Source: Actinomycetota bacterium (lineage in GTDB: Bacteria > Actinomycetota > Coriobacteriia > Anaerosomatales > UBA912). From it: a stretch of DNA of 64,000 bases. The stretch covers positions 364-64,363 of the forward strand of contig JAGXSC010000007.1 in NCBI GenBank assembly GCA_018334075.1, in the 5' to 3' direction. Under the pieces are notes generated by a model. It worked only from the letters and a program-made list of their open reading frames with translations. It did no database searches and was not told where the DNA came from. A program made the position numbers and the translations under genes. Of this stretch, positions 1 through 9,513 are shown piece by piece; within the stretch, counting starts at the first letter, position 1; every line of letters begins with the position of its first letter.

Positions 1-1
1 T

Positions 2-679
2 GTCAGCGAGGAGATCGAGCGCTCGCTAGGAAACAGCGGGCTGGAGGTGCGGCGAATCCAGGGACCCGACCGGTACGCCACCTCCGCTGCGGTAGCCAGA
101 GAGATCTCGGCAAGCCTTGGGGCCAACTTCGGCCGGCAAGCGATCATCGCGCGTGGTGATGACTTCGCCGACGCGCTCGCAGCCGGGCCGATCGCCTATT
201 CGCAAAGAATGCCCTTGCTGCTGACCCGCCCGGGTGAGCTGCCAACAGCCACGTCGCAGGCGATCATCGATCTGCGTGTTTCCTCGGCGATCGTCATCGG
301 CGGAACCGGAGCCGTGAGCCCGAGCGTCACACAAAGCCTCGGCGCCGCGAATGTCGCATGGAACCGAATCAGCGGAGCCTGCCGATTCACGACTGCCGAG
401 GAAGTCGCGCGTGAGTCCATCAGGCGCGGTTGGTCGACCGGCCAGATCGCCGGGATAGCGACGGGGCAGGACTTCCCGGACGCACTCGCCGGAGGAGCCG
501 CAACAGGAGCGCGAGGCGGAATCATGCTGCTCACCAGAAGCACGCTGCTACCAGTCAATACGGCTTCTTTCCTGCATGAGAGCACAGACAGCCTGTCGGA
601 AATCAAAGTCTACGGCGGCACCGGCGCGATATGCAACACAGTTCGCACCTCCGTACACAACCTCTGGGGTCTGCCGTAG
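2..679 (+). CDS. Cell-wall-binding repeat 2 (CWB2) protein, C-terminal part. The gene runs off the 5' edge of the window.
   Basis: The frame is open from nt 2 (VSEEIERSLGNSGLEV...). It carries repeated G.DRY.TS..VA and DF(A/P)DAL(A)GG patterns (GPDRYATSAAVA, GDDFADALAAGPIA, GQDFPDALAGGA) typical of CW_binding_2 repeats. Confidence 0.7.
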   Translation, partial: VSEEIERSLGNSGLEVRRIQGPDRYATSAAVAREISASLGANFGRQAIIARGDDFADALAAGPIAYSQRMPLLLTRPGELPTATSQAIIDLRVSSAIVIGGTGAVSPSVTQSLGAANVAWNRISGACRFTTAEEVARESIRRGWSTGQIAGIATGQDFPDALAGGAATGARGGIMLLTRSTLLPVNTASFLHESTDSLSEIKVYGGTGAICNTVRTSVHNLWGLP

Positions 680-730
680 GCCAGGTCCAACTTTGCCGCT
701 GATTGCAGCTTTGCCGGCTTACCCGGATAC

Positions 731-1657
731 TTAAGTAAGCCTTGTTTCCTTCCCGTTGACTCCCCGCATCGCAACCACGACAACGCCGACAAGGGAGATG
801 GCACCGCCGAGAAGCGCCAATGCCGAGGGCACCTCGCCAAGCCAAAGCCACGCGATCCACACGGCGTTTATCGGCTGAAAGTACAGGAAGGTGGAGAGCA
901 GGCTAGCCGGCATCACGGAAAGCGCCCTGTTCCACAGCACATACGCTATGGCTCCCGGGAAAATGCCAAGAAATATCCCAGACCACGTGGCCTGACCGCT
1001 CGCCAGCGGCAGCTGGCTGATTAGCCCCGGCGCGAAGACCAGAAGCGGCAGCGTACCGGCCCAGATCGCGTAAGTCGTGAACTCGAGCGCCGAGTACCGC
1101 TGTAGCGGACGCTTGGCCACGACAAAATACAGGGCCGTAGCAGCGGCTGCAACAAGTATGACAAGCGCGTTGGGATCGAGGGCGATGCCTCCCTCTCCGC
1201 CCAGCGCAATCATCGCGACACCGCCGGCCGAGACGCCAAGCCCCGTCCACCCCCAGATAGTGAAACGCTCCTTCAAAAGCAGCATTGAAAGCACAGCGGT
1301 AAATATCGGACTTGTGGAGATAAGCAGCGCGGCCGCTCCCGCAGTCACGGTCTGCTCGCCGATGTTCAGCGCAAGATGGTACGTCGTGATGCCGAGAAGT
1401 CCCGCCGCAAAGATGACAGGCAAATCCTGAACGGACGGCAACCGCATCCGGGCAACCAGCGCATACAAAAGCAACGCCACCGATGCGGTGCCGAAGCGCA
1501 GCAATGCGAGCTCTCCGGGTCCGTAGGATTGAAGCCCCGCGCGTATGCCCGCAAACGCCCATGCCCACAACAAGAGGGCCACGGCGATCGCGATCCACAT
1601 CCCGCGGTCATGTCTCCACGCATCTGGCTTGCCGGCAAAAGCGTCGGGACGCGTCAT
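731..1657 (-). CDS. DMT-superfamily (EamA-like) transporter
   Basis: 308-aa polytopic membrane protein of about 10 TM with two EamA-like halves. Its start overlaps the stop of the upstream gene in an ATGA junction at 1654-1657. Confidence 0.75.
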   Translation of the reverse strand: MTRPDAFAGKPDAWRHDRGMWIAIAVALLLWAWAFAGIRAGLQSYGPGELALLRFGTASVALLLYALVARMRLPSVQDLPVIFAAGLLGITTYHLALNIGEQTVTAGAAALLISTSPIFTAVLSMLLLKERFTIWGWTGLGVSAGGVAMIALGGEGGIALDPNALVILVAAAATALYFVVAKRPLQRYSALEFTTYAIWAGTLPLLVFAPGLISQLPLASGQATWSGIFLGIFPGAIAYVLWNRALSVMPASLLSTFLYFQPINAVWIAWLWLGEVPSALALLGGAISLVGVVVVAMRGVNGKETRLT

Positions 1658-2364
1658 GATTCTCCTCTGGAGTCACTTTCGATTGTGTCGTCTACGGTCG
1701 AGCTGTTTCCGCCGGCGCCAAACCGCTCAACGGTGGCACGGTCTTGCGGGGTGATCCCTTCTCGGCGGAGCACTTTTCCGATGGTCATCAGGATAATCTT
1801 GAAATCGAGTAGCGTTGATTGGTTGTCCACATACCATACGTCGAGATCGAACTTTTCCTCCCATGAAAGGGCGTTGCGACCGTTTACCTGCGCCCATCCG
1901 GTTATTCCCGGCCTGACCTCATGGCGCCTCGCCTGCCGAGGAGTGTACAGCGGCAGATACTCCGGCAACAGCGGACGTGGACCCACCAGGCTCATATCGC
2001 CCTTGAGAACATTGAACAGCCCGGGAAGCTCATCTAAGCTCCAGCGCCGGAGGGACGCTCCTAGCTTTGTGATTCGCGATTCCTCCGACACCGCCTCGGC
2101 TAAGTCGGATGGGGCTTGGCTCATAGTTCGGAACTTGTAGATGCGAAATATCTTGCCGCCAAGCCCCGGGCGGGGCTGACAAAAGATGACGCCCGGACCC
2201 ATTGTGACTCTGATCGCGATCGCAATGCCTACAAGCAGTGGCGACAAGAAGATAAGGCCCAGAGCCGCAAGGGCGAAGTCAATAGAGCGCTTTGTCACGT
2301 AAAATGTCCTGCCTTCGATGGCTTTGGTATAGTGGCTGACGATAGGTATTGCGTTTTTGCGCAC
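1654..2364 (-). CDS. Bacterial sugar transferase (polyprenyl-phosphate glycosyl-1-phosphate transferase, PglC/WbaP-like small type)
   Basis: One N-terminal TM (FALAALGLIFLSPLL), then conserved Bac_transf motifs: KFRTM, DELPQ-like DELPGLFNVLKGDMSLVGPRP, PGITGWAQV. Confidence 0.85.
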   Translation of the reverse strand: MRKNAIPIVSHYTKAIEGRTFYVTKRSIDFALAALGLIFLSPLLVGIAIAIRVTMGPGVIFCQPRPGLGGKIFRIYKFRTMSQAPSDLAEAVSEESRITKLGASLRRWSLDELPGLFNVLKGDMSLVGPRPLLPEYLPLYTPRQARRHEVRPGITGWAQVNGRNALSWEEKFDLDVWYVDNQSTLLDFKIILMTIGKVLRREGITPQDRATVERFGAGGNSSTVDDTIESDSRGES

Positions 2365-2405
2365 GCTTTTCTGGCCGTAACCACACTATTTTACCTGGAG
2401 AGCAA

Positions 2406-3635
2406 GTGGAATCCGAGAACTTTTCTCCTCTGGCGATCAACGGAGGAGCTCCCGTTCGCGCCAAACCAATGCCCCCGTGGCCATATTTCGATGACGATGA
2501 AATCCAGGCCGTTTCAGAGGTACTGCGCTCCGGTCGCGTTAACTACTGGACCGGCGATGAGGGGGTAGCTTTCGAGACGGAGTTCGCCGCGGCTAGTGGA
2601 GCGCCTCACGCGATCGCTCTTGCCAATGGCACGCTCTCCTTGGAAGCCGCGTTAGCCGCACTTGGAATTGAACCCGGCGACGAGGTGATAGTACCTGCTC
2701 GCACATTCATCGCGACTGCTAGCGCGGCCGTGATGAGAGGAGCGATTCCTGTGATCGCCGATGTCGATCCAGAAAGCCAGAACATCACAGCCGCATCGAT
2801 CAAGGCTGTCATCTCGGAAAAGACCCGTGCTGTAATCGTGGTGCATCTGGCAGGCTGGCCTTGCGACATGGATTCGATACTCGAAATCGCTGAGGCCGCA
2901 AAAATCCCTGTCATCGAAGATTGCGCCCAGGCTCTCGGCGCGAAGTACAAGGGCCAGCCGGTTGGAACGATGGGCGCTTTCGGGTCCTTTTCATTTTGTC
3001 AGGACAAAATCATGACTACCGGCGGCGAAGGCGGAATGCTGCTGACCTCCGACAGCACCTTGTTCGAGCGTGCATGGTCCCTCAAAGACCACGGGAAATC
3101 CTATACGCTCACCCGCGGCGGTTTTCTCGGCAAGAGTCACGCGTTTAGATGGCTTCACGATACTTTCGGGACCAACTGGCGAATGAGCGAAATGCAGGCG
3201 GTGCTGGGGCGTATCGGGATGAAGAAGCTCCCTTTGTGGATCGATCGTCGGAGGCGCTCTGCCGATATGCTCAACGAGGGCCTAGCCGATCTGGACGCGC
3301 TTCGTCTAACCATTCCCGACACAAACTCTTACCACGCGTACTACAAGTATTACGCTTTCGTGCGGCACGAGCGTCTCCGTGAAGGGTGGGACCGTGACAG
3401 GATTGCGGAGGCCATCAGCGCGGAGGGGGTTCCGTGTTATTCGGGAACATGCCCCGAGATATACCGGGAGCGTGCGTTTGTCGATGCCGGGCTGGCGCCC
3501 GAGAGAAGATCCCCGGTCGCCAGGGAGCTGGGAGAGTCGTCGCTTATGCTTCTTGTGCATCCAACGCTTGAGGACACCGACATTCACGACACGGTAGCGG
3601 CGATACGCAAAGTGATGGCTGTCGCGACAAGATAG
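2406..3635 (+). CDS. DegT/DnrJ/EryC1/StrS-family aminotransferase. The GTG at 2406 is the preferred start; the track ORF begins at 2349.
   Basis: Family-typical N-terminus (PPWPYFDDDEIQAV) and an FSFCQDKIMTTGGEGGML motif (PLP-lysine region). The 2349 start would overlap the divergent sugar transferase; GGAG lies 5 nt before the 2406 GTG. Confidence 0.85.
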   Translation: MESENFSPLAINGGAPVRAKPMPPWPYFDDDEIQAVSEVLRSGRVNYWTGDEGVAFETEFAAASGAPHAIALANGTLSLEAALAALGIEPGDEVIVPARTFIATASAAVMRGAIPVIADVDPESQNITAASIKAVISEKTRAVIVVHLAGWPCDMDSILEIAEAAKIPVIEDCAQALGAKYKGQPVGTMGAFGSFSFCQDKIMTTGGEGGMLLTSDSTLFERAWSLKDHGKSYTLTRGGFLGKSHAFRWLHDTFGTNWRMSEMQAVLGRIGMKKLPLWIDRRRRSADMLNEGLADLDALRLTIPDTNSYHAYYKYYAFVRHERLREGWDRDRIAEAISAEGVPCYSGTCPEIYRERAFVDAGLAPERRSPVARELGESSLMLLVHPTLEDTDIHDTVAAIRKVMAVATR

Positions 3636-3670
3636 TTTCCCTGCTATAATGATTGGACAAACTGAATATC

Positions 3671-3780
3671 GATCGCGGGAGCTGCTGAAAGCGGCTGAGA
3701 GGGAAGGTGCAACCTTCCTACCGTTTGAACCTGAAAGGCGCGCGAAAGCGTGTTCCGGGTAATGCCGGCGCAGGGAGAAG
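3671..3780 (+). promoter_or_regulatory. TPP (THI-box) riboswitch
   Basis: Conserved THI elements occur in order: GGGAGC...CTGAGAG...ACCGTTTGAACCTGA...(variable stem)...GGGTAATGCCGGCGCAGGGA. It sits directly upstream of the thi operon. Confidence 0.85.
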
Positions 3781-3801
3781 AAAACCACTTCGAATCAAGC
3801 G

Positions 3802-3831
3802 CCGCTCTTACACAGAGCGGTTTTCTTTTCT
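3802..3831 (+). terminator. Intrinsic terminator/attenuator, the expression platform of the TPP riboswitch
   Basis: Hairpin CCGCTCT-tacac-AGAGCGG followed by TTTTCTTTTCT, between the riboswitch and the thiF start. Confidence 0.65.
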
Positions 3832-3867
3832 CGGCAGCCTCGCGATCCAGACCAAGCGAGGCAGGCC

Positions 3868-4674
3868 GTGCAAATTCATGTCAACGAAAAGTGTGTCCGC
3901 GTCAAGCAAGGCGCACGCCTGAACTTTGTGCGAAGCCAGTTCAAGCCGGACGCCGATATCGTCATCGTAAACGGCTTTCCCGCCACAAACGATCAGGAAC
4001 TCGCCGAGAATGATCGCGTCACGCTTATACGCCGAGGCGAAATCCCCTCTGAAGAGGAGTTCGAGGCGCTGCTGGTGGCTCGACACTCTCCGGGTGTTCA
4101 CGAGCGGGTGCGCTCCGCTTGTATCGGCATCGCCGGAGTCGGTGGCTTGGGGTCGTTTATCGCTCTTGCTCTTGCCCGTACCGGAATCGGCCGCCTGATC
4201 CTCGTCGATCACGATGTGGTCGAGCCTTCCAACCTAAACAGGCAGCAGTACTTCGTGGACCAGATCGGTCAGCCGAAAGTCGATGCGCTTTCCGACACCA
4301 TCTCTCGCGTGAACCCGCATGTCGCAGTATCAGCACATCGAGCGCGAGTTGCGCCCTCGAATGTCGCAAGGCTGTTTGAAGGCGTCACCGTCATGGTCGA
4401 GGCGTTCGATGACGCCCGCGAGAAAGCGATGCTGGCCGAGTCTTTCAGGCTGGCGTATCCGGATGTGCCGCTGGTAGCCGCCTCGGGCCTGGCTGGCTTC
4501 GGTCCCAGCAACGAGATCACCACTACCCGCCGAGGAAAGAGCCTGTTCCTCGTAGGCGACGAACTCTCGGCGGCCGAGCCGGGACAGGGCCTGATGGCGC
4601 CCAGGGTCGGTGTGGCCGCGCACCATCAAGCCAATGCCGTCTTGCGCCTGTTGTTGGATGAAAGCCCAGTGTGA
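3868..4674 (+). CDS. thiF: ThiF-family adenylyltransferase with an N-terminal ThiS-like beta-grasp extension
   Basis: E1-like nucleotide loop IGIAGVGGLGS, then VDHDVVEPSNLNRQ. The first ~65 aa (IHVNEK...ADIVIVNGF...NDRVTLIRRGE) resemble ThiS but lack a terminal GG. First gene after the TPP riboswitch. Confidence 0.8.
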   Translation: MQIHVNEKCVRVKQGARLNFVRSQFKPDADIVIVNGFPATNDQELAENDRVTLIRRGEIPSEEEFEALLVARHSPGVHERVRSACIGIAGVGGLGSFIALALARTGIGRLILVDHDVVEPSNLNRQQYFVDQIGQPKVDALSDTISRVNPHVAVSAHRARVAPSNVARLFEGVTVMVEAFDDAREKAMLAESFRLAYPDVPLVAASGLAGFGPSNEITTTRRGKSLFLVGDELSAAEPGQGLMAPRVGVAAHHQANAVLRLLLDESPV

Positions 4675-4688
4675 AGAAGGAGCACGCC

Positions 4689-4889
4689 ATGAATCTCACG
4701 GTAAACGGAGTATGTCAGGAGTTTTCGGAGCCATTGACGGCAGCGGGGATGCTGGAAGCGCTTGGCGTCGATGCCGCCCGCGCGGTTATCGAACGCAACG
4801 GGGCGGTGTTGTCGCGCGAGAGCCTCGCCGTCACCGCGCTTGCCGATGGTGACGTGATCGAGATAGTCCACTTCGTATCGGGAGGGTGA
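4689..4889 (+). CDS. thiS: Sulfur-carrier protein ThiS
   Basis: 66 aa ending ...VHFVSGG. AAGGAG lies 6 nt before the ATG at 4689 (track ORF starts at 4671). Confidence 0.85.
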   Translation: MNLTVNGVCQEFSEPLTAAGMLEALGVDAARAVIERNGAVLSRESLAVTALADGDVIEIVHFVSGG

Positions 4890-4894
4890 AAAAC

Positions 4895-5686
4895 ATGCCC
4901 GTGAAAACACAAGACCCCCTGGTCATCGCAGGGCGAACTTTCAGTTCCCGGCTGTTGATGGGAACCGGCAAGTTCAGCTCGCCAGAGACGATGCGCGCGG
5001 CGCTCGAGTCCTCGGGGGCCGAAATCGTCACGGTGGCGCTAAGGCGAGTCGACCTCTCCGATCCCGCTGACAACATGCTCGCCCATATCGACCCCGCGCG
5101 CTATCTGCTGCTACCGAACACAAGCGGCGCCAAAGACGCCCAGGAGGCTGTGCGCCTGGCGAGGCTGGCGCGTGCGGCTGGCTGTGAGCCGTGGGTAAAA
5201 GTCGAGGTTACCCCCGACCCGCACTACCTGTTGCCAGATCCGATTGAGACCCTTCGCGCCACCGAAATCCTGGCCGCCGAGGGCTTCGTCGTCCTGCCAT
5301 ACATGGGCGCGGACCCCGTGTTGGCCAAGCGGCTCGAAGAGGCCGGCGCGGCCGCGGTCATGCCGTTGGGGGCCCCGATCGGCACAAACAAGGGACTGCG
5401 TACACGCGATGCCGTCGGCATCATCGTCGAGCAGGCCACACTGCCCGTAATCGTCGACGCGGGTCTGGGCGCCCCTTCCCATGCGGCTGAAGCGCTCGAA
5501 ATGGGTGTGGACGCCGTGCTCGTGAACACAGCGATCGCGGTAGCCGGCGATCCACCCGCGATGGCCCGGGCGTTTGCCACCGCGGTTGTCGCCGGGCGCG
5601 AGGCGTTCCTCGCCGGTCTTGCCACCGAAGGCCGCTTCGCCGAAGCCTCCAGTCCACTCGAAGGCTTACTAGGGAGTCTGAAATGA
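4895..5686 (+). CDS. thiG: Thiazole synthase ThiG
   Basis: Strong ThiG-like sequence ([33 protein letters not shown]). GGAGGG precedes the ATG at 4895 (the track start at 4886 is a GTG overlapping the thiS stop). Confidence 0.9.
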   Translation: MPVKTQDPLVIAGRTFSSRLLMGTGKFSSPETMRAALESSGAEIVTVALRRVDLSDPADNMLAHIDPARYLLLPNTSGAKDAQEAVRLARLARAAGCEPWVKVEVTPDPHYLLPDPIETLRATEILAAEGFVVLPYMGADPVLAKRLEEAGAAAVMPLGAPIGTNKGLRTRDAVGIIVEQATLPVIVDAGLGAPSHAAEALEMGVDAVLVNTAIAVAGDPPAMARAFATAVVAGREAFLAGLATEGRFAEASSPLEGLLGSLK

Positions 5687-6810
5687 GCTTCGCCGAGGAA
5701 ATGAGCCGCTTCGATGGCTCGCGCGTGTCCGAGCTGATTCACTCGATGAGCTCAGCCGATGTTCGGCGTGCTCTCGGCACGCAGCGCAAAACTTTCCGGG
5801 ACCTGGCGGCACTGCTCTCGCCTGCCGCCGAAGAAATGCTCGACGAGATCGCCGCACAAGCCCAAGCCGACACTTTGCGGCACTTCGGCAGAGCGGTACA
5901 GCTCTACTCGCCCTTGTATCTCTCGAACGAATGCGACAACGACTGCGCCTACTGCGGATTCAGCGCCGCCAATAGCGCCCTCCGCTCGACGTTGAGCGAT
6001 GAGGAGATCGTGACCGAGGCCCGGGCGCTTCGGGCGAAGGGGTTCCACCACATTTTGCTGCTTACAGGCGAGGCGCCGCGGGCAATCGACAAGGACAGGC
6101 TCGCCGAGGTGGTCCGGCTGTTGCGCCCACTGTTCGCCTCGATCTCCATTGAGGTTTTCCCCATGGACGAAAACGGCTACAAGACTATGGTTGCCAGCGG
6201 TGTCGACGGGCTCGTAATCTACCAGGAAACCTACGACAAAAATACCTACCTGGAGTTGCACCGAAGCGGGCGCAAGCGAGATTACGCATTCCGACTGGAC
6301 GCGCCTGAAGCCGGAGCCGCCGCCGGAATGCGACGTGTGGGCATCGGATGCTTGCTTGGACTATCCGATTTCAGGCGCGATATGTTTTTTACCGCGCTTC
6401 ACGCCGCCTATCTGACGCGAAATTTCTGGCGCACGCAAGTAACGATCTCGTTTCCTCGGCTTCGCCAGGCAAGAAGCGACTACTCCCCAAAATACCCGGT
6501 CTCCGATCGCCAACTGGCGCTTTCGATCTGCGCGATGAGGCTTTTCCTGCCGAGAGCAGGCCTTCTGCTTTCAACACGCGAAAATCCTCGACTCCGCGAC
6601 GCCCTGCTGCCTATCGGAATCACCCAGATGAGTGCGGGCTCGTGCACTCAGCCGGGGGGCTACGCCAGCGCCAAAGACAACGCAAGCCAGTCCCAGTTCG
6701 AGGTAAACGACGACCGAAGCGCCGAGGAAGTCTTCGCCGCGATCAGGTCTTTGGGGTACGACCCCGCCTGGAAAGACTGGGACGCCGAGCTTAGCGGAGG
6801 TGCGCGATGA
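5683..6810 (+). CDS. thiH: 2-iminoacetate synthase ThiH (radical SAM tyrosine lyase)
   Basis: [10 protein letters not shown] radical-SAM triad. ATGA overlap with thiG. Operon context. Confidence 0.9.
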   Translation: MSFAEEMSRFDGSRVSELIHSMSSADVRRALGTQRKTFRDLAALLSPAAEEMLDEIAAQAQADTLRHFGRAVQLYSPLYLSNECDNDCAYCGFSAANSALRSTLSDEEIVTEARALRAKGFHHILLLTGEAPRAIDKDRLAEVVRLLRPLFASISIEVFPMDENGYKTMVASGVDGLVIYQETYDKNTYLELHRSGRKRDYAFRLDAPEAGAAAGMRRVGIGCLLGLSDFRRDMFFTALHAAYLTRNFWRTQVTISFPRLRQARSDYSPKYPVSDRQLALSICAMRLFLPRAGLLLSTRENPRLRDALLPIGITQMSAGSCTQPGGYASAKDNASQSQFEVNDDRSAEEVFAAIRSLGYDPAWKDWDAELSGGAR

Positions 6811-7445
6811 GCACAGGTGCTCCGATAAGCGGTCTTTACGTCGTGACCTCCGAGTATCCGCACCTGAAGCGCTCCCACGTCGGCGTTGCCAGAGCCGCGC
6901 TTGAAGCGGGCGCCAAGGTCATTCAATACCGCGACAAGACGCGCAAAGGCTCTGATCTGCTCGCTGTCGCCAGTGAGCTTAGGGCTCTGTGCCGCGCGGC
7001 CGGAGTCGCGTTCGTCATGAACGATCACGCCGAGGTCGCGATGAAGGTGCGCGCCGACGGCCTGCACCTCGGCCAGGGCGACCTGGCCGAGCTTTCCGGA
7101 TGGCGACCGCGGTGGAGCGCGTTTCTCGGCATTTCGGCGTGGAGTGTGGAGCTTGCCGAGAAGGCCCGCTCGCTCGGCGCGGACTATGTGGGCTCGGGGC
7201 CTGTCCGGCCGACGGTGTCCAAACCGATGACCCGCGAGCCCCTCGGGCTAGATGGCCTACGCGCGATCTGCGAAACCGGCGTGCCGGTAGCGGCCATCGG
7301 GGGCCTTGGGGCCGATGACGTCAGGAGCGTGTTTGCCGCGGGTGCATCCGCGATCTGCGTGATGGGAGGCATCGGTGCGGCCGATGATCCTTTGGGTGTG
7401 GCGCGCGAAATCGTATCGCGCGTCGAAGAGACAGGAGCATACTGA
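6807..7445 (+). CDS. thiE: Thiamine-phosphate synthase ThiE
   Basis: TMP-TENI-like sequence (IQYRDK, NDHAEVA, DGLHLGQ, YVGSGPV...T). ATGA overlap with thiH. Confidence 0.9.
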   Translation: MSTGAPISGLYVVTSEYPHLKRSHVGVARAALEAGAKVIQYRDKTRKGSDLLAVASELRALCRAAGVAFVMNDHAEVAMKVRADGLHLGQGDLAELSGWRPRWSAFLGISAWSVELAEKARSLGADYVGSGPVRPTVSKPMTREPLGLDGLRAICETGVPVAAIGGLGADDVRSVFAAGASAICVMGGIGAADDPLGVAREIVSRVEETGAY

Positions 7446-8728
7446 TGGCTTTCTTCGATGATCTGCAAAACGGCCGCCTCGATGAGACGCTGGCGACCCT
7501 GGCAAGGAATGAGAGTGTCGATGTCAACGAGCTTGTCGAGGGTATTCGCCGAGGACACATCGCTGTGCTCGCAAGCCGCGCCAGACGCAACCACATCCGG
7601 CCCTCGGCGGTAGGCGAAGGGCTAAGGGTGAAGGTCAACGCCAATATCGGCACCTCGGAGGCGGCCTCCAGTATCGAGCAGGAACTCGCGAAGCTGGACG
7701 CCGCGCTTTCGGCTGGCACCGATGCGGTCATGGACCTTTCGACGGGAGGGGATCTTCGCGAGGTGCGCTTCCGAATACTCGAGCGCTGCGATGTGCCGCT
7801 TGGCACCGTTCCCGTCTACGAGGCCGCGGTAAATTCGATGCGCCGCGACGCTGGAGTGACCGGAATGTCGGCAAACGAGATGCTGGCCGCGGTCAGAACT
7901 CACGCCGAGGACGGCGTGGACTTCATGACCGTGCACGCTGGCCTGACGCGCGAACAAGCGGCGGCGGCTTCCAGCAGGGCCGCCGGCATCGTCTCCCGCG
8001 GAGGTGCGTTTCTCGCATGCTGGATGGAGGCCAACGACGCCGAGAACCCCTACTACGAGCGCTTCGACGAGGTGCTCGATATCTGCAGGCGCCACGACGT
8101 TGTTCTGAGCCTTGGTGACTCGCTGCGCCCAGGGTGCATCGCCGACGCCGGCGACGAGGCACAACTCGGTGAGCTTCGGATACTCGGCGACCTGGTGCTT
8201 CGGGCCCGCGCCGCCGGCGTGCAGGTGATAGTCGAAGGCCCGGGACACGTGCCCATCTCGGAGATCGTCGAACAGATGCGAATCGCCAAAGAGCTATGCC
8301 ACAGAGCGCCGCTTTACGTGCTCGGCCCGATCGTTACCGACGTAGCGCCAGGTTACGACCACGTGACCTCCGCTATCGGCGGAGCGCTGGCTGCATCGGC
8401 GGGCGCCGACTTCCTGTGTTATGTGACGCGCGCCGAGCACGTGTGTCTGCCCGATGCCGACGACGTGCATGAGGGCGTCGTCTGCGCCCGAATAGCCGCT
8501 CACGCTGGGGACATCGCCCGAAACCTGCCCGCGGCACGCGAATGGGACGCGCAGATGACCTCGGCGCGCAAGAATCTCGACTGGAAGCGGCAGTTCGCGA
8601 TCGCGATCGACAGACAGCGCCCGGAAACCATGCGACAGATGCGGGGCGGCGGCTCCGACAAGCAGTGCTCCATGTGCGGCTCCTTGTGTGCAATGCGGCT
8701 GGTAAACGAGCTGGAAGCCAGCGCATGA
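7445..8728 (+). CDS. thiC: Phosphomethylpyrimidine synthase ThiC
   Basis: Highly conserved ThiC blocks (VNANIGTS, MDLSTGG, VPVYEA, EGPGHVP, C-terminal CSMCG..C). TGATG junction with thiE. Confidence 0.95.
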   Translation: MAFFDDLQNGRLDETLATLARNESVDVNELVEGIRRGHIAVLASRARRNHIRPSAVGEGLRVKVNANIGTSEAASSIEQELAKLDAALSAGTDAVMDLSTGGDLREVRFRILERCDVPLGTVPVYEAAVNSMRRDAGVTGMSANEMLAAVRTHAEDGVDFMTVHAGLTREQAAAASSRAAGIVSRGGAFLACWMEANDAENPYYERFDEVLDICRRHDVVLSLGDSLRPGCIADAGDEAQLGELRILGDLVLRARAAGVQVIVEGPGHVPISEIVEQMRIAKELCHRAPLYVLGPIVTDVAPGYDHVTSAIGGALAASAGADFLCYVTRAEHVCLPDADDVHEGVVCARIAAHAGDIARNLPAAREWDAQMTSARKNLDWKRQFAIAIDRQRPETMRQMRGGGSDKQCSMCGSLCAMRLVNELEASA

Positions 8729-9513
8729 GGCGGGCGTTGCTCATCGGCGGAGTCGACCCATCGGCGGGAGCGGGGCTTCTCGTGGACGCTTTCGTGGCGT
8801 CGCGCCTGGGCTTTTCGCCGATGTGCGCCGCGACCGTCATCACCGCGCAAAACTCGCACCGCTTCTACGCTTCCGAGCCTGTAGCGTCAAAGATGCTGCA
8901 CGATCAGCTTCAGGCGATAAGCGAGGACGGCCCGATAGCATGCACCAAAATAGGCGCTATGGGGTCTTATGAAAACGCCGAGACCACCCGGCGCTTCCTG
9001 CAAGAACACGAAACCGGGCCCGTGGTGCTCGACCCGGTTCTGGCTAGCTCATCGGGAGGTTCGCTTTTGAGCTGCACGTTAGAGAAGTTGCGGCCGCTCA
9101 TGGGCGCTTGCGACCTGATCACCCCCAACGCCTTCGAGGCCGCAACCTTGTCCTCGCGCGAAATTATCACATTGCGTGATGCCGAGAACGCCGCCTTGGA
9201 ACTCTCGGCACGATACGGCACGAGCGTCCTTGTTACCGGCGTGAGCCAGGGCGACTGCGCCTCGGACGTCCTTGCCACCCAGGGCCGTGTCGAAGTCCTG
9301 TTGCACCCCCTGATAAAAGAGGCCGGTGATCCCAGGGGAACGGGGTGCGCGTTTTCGACAGCCATCGCGATAAACCTCTGCCTGTCAGGCGATCTCACCG
9401 TCGCCATTCGCTCGGCTCAAAGCCTCTTGCTTGAGCTTGTCTCCCAAGCCGCCGCTTTAGGACGAGGCCGCCGGCAATTCGATTTCACCGCCGGTCAGTC
9501 CGAGCCTAGCTGA
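8725..9513 (+). CDS. thiD: Hydroxymethylpyrimidine/phosphomethylpyrimidine kinase ThiD
   Basis: The N-terminus MRRALLIGGVDPSAGAGL is the ThiD signature. ATGA overlap with the thiC stop. The longer track ORF (8542) would overlap thiC. Confidence 0.85.
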   Translation: MRRALLIGGVDPSAGAGLLVDAFVASRLGFSPMCAATVITAQNSHRFYASEPVASKMLHDQLQAISEDGPIACTKIGAMGSYENAETTRRFLQEHETGPVVLDPVLASSSGGSLLSCTLEKLRPLMGACDLITPNAFEAATLSSREIITLRDAENAALELSARYGTSVLVTGVSQGDCASDVLATQGRVEVLLHPLIKEAGDPRGTGCAFSTAIAINLCLSGDLTVAIRSAQSLLLELVSQAAALGRGRRQFDFTAGQSEPS

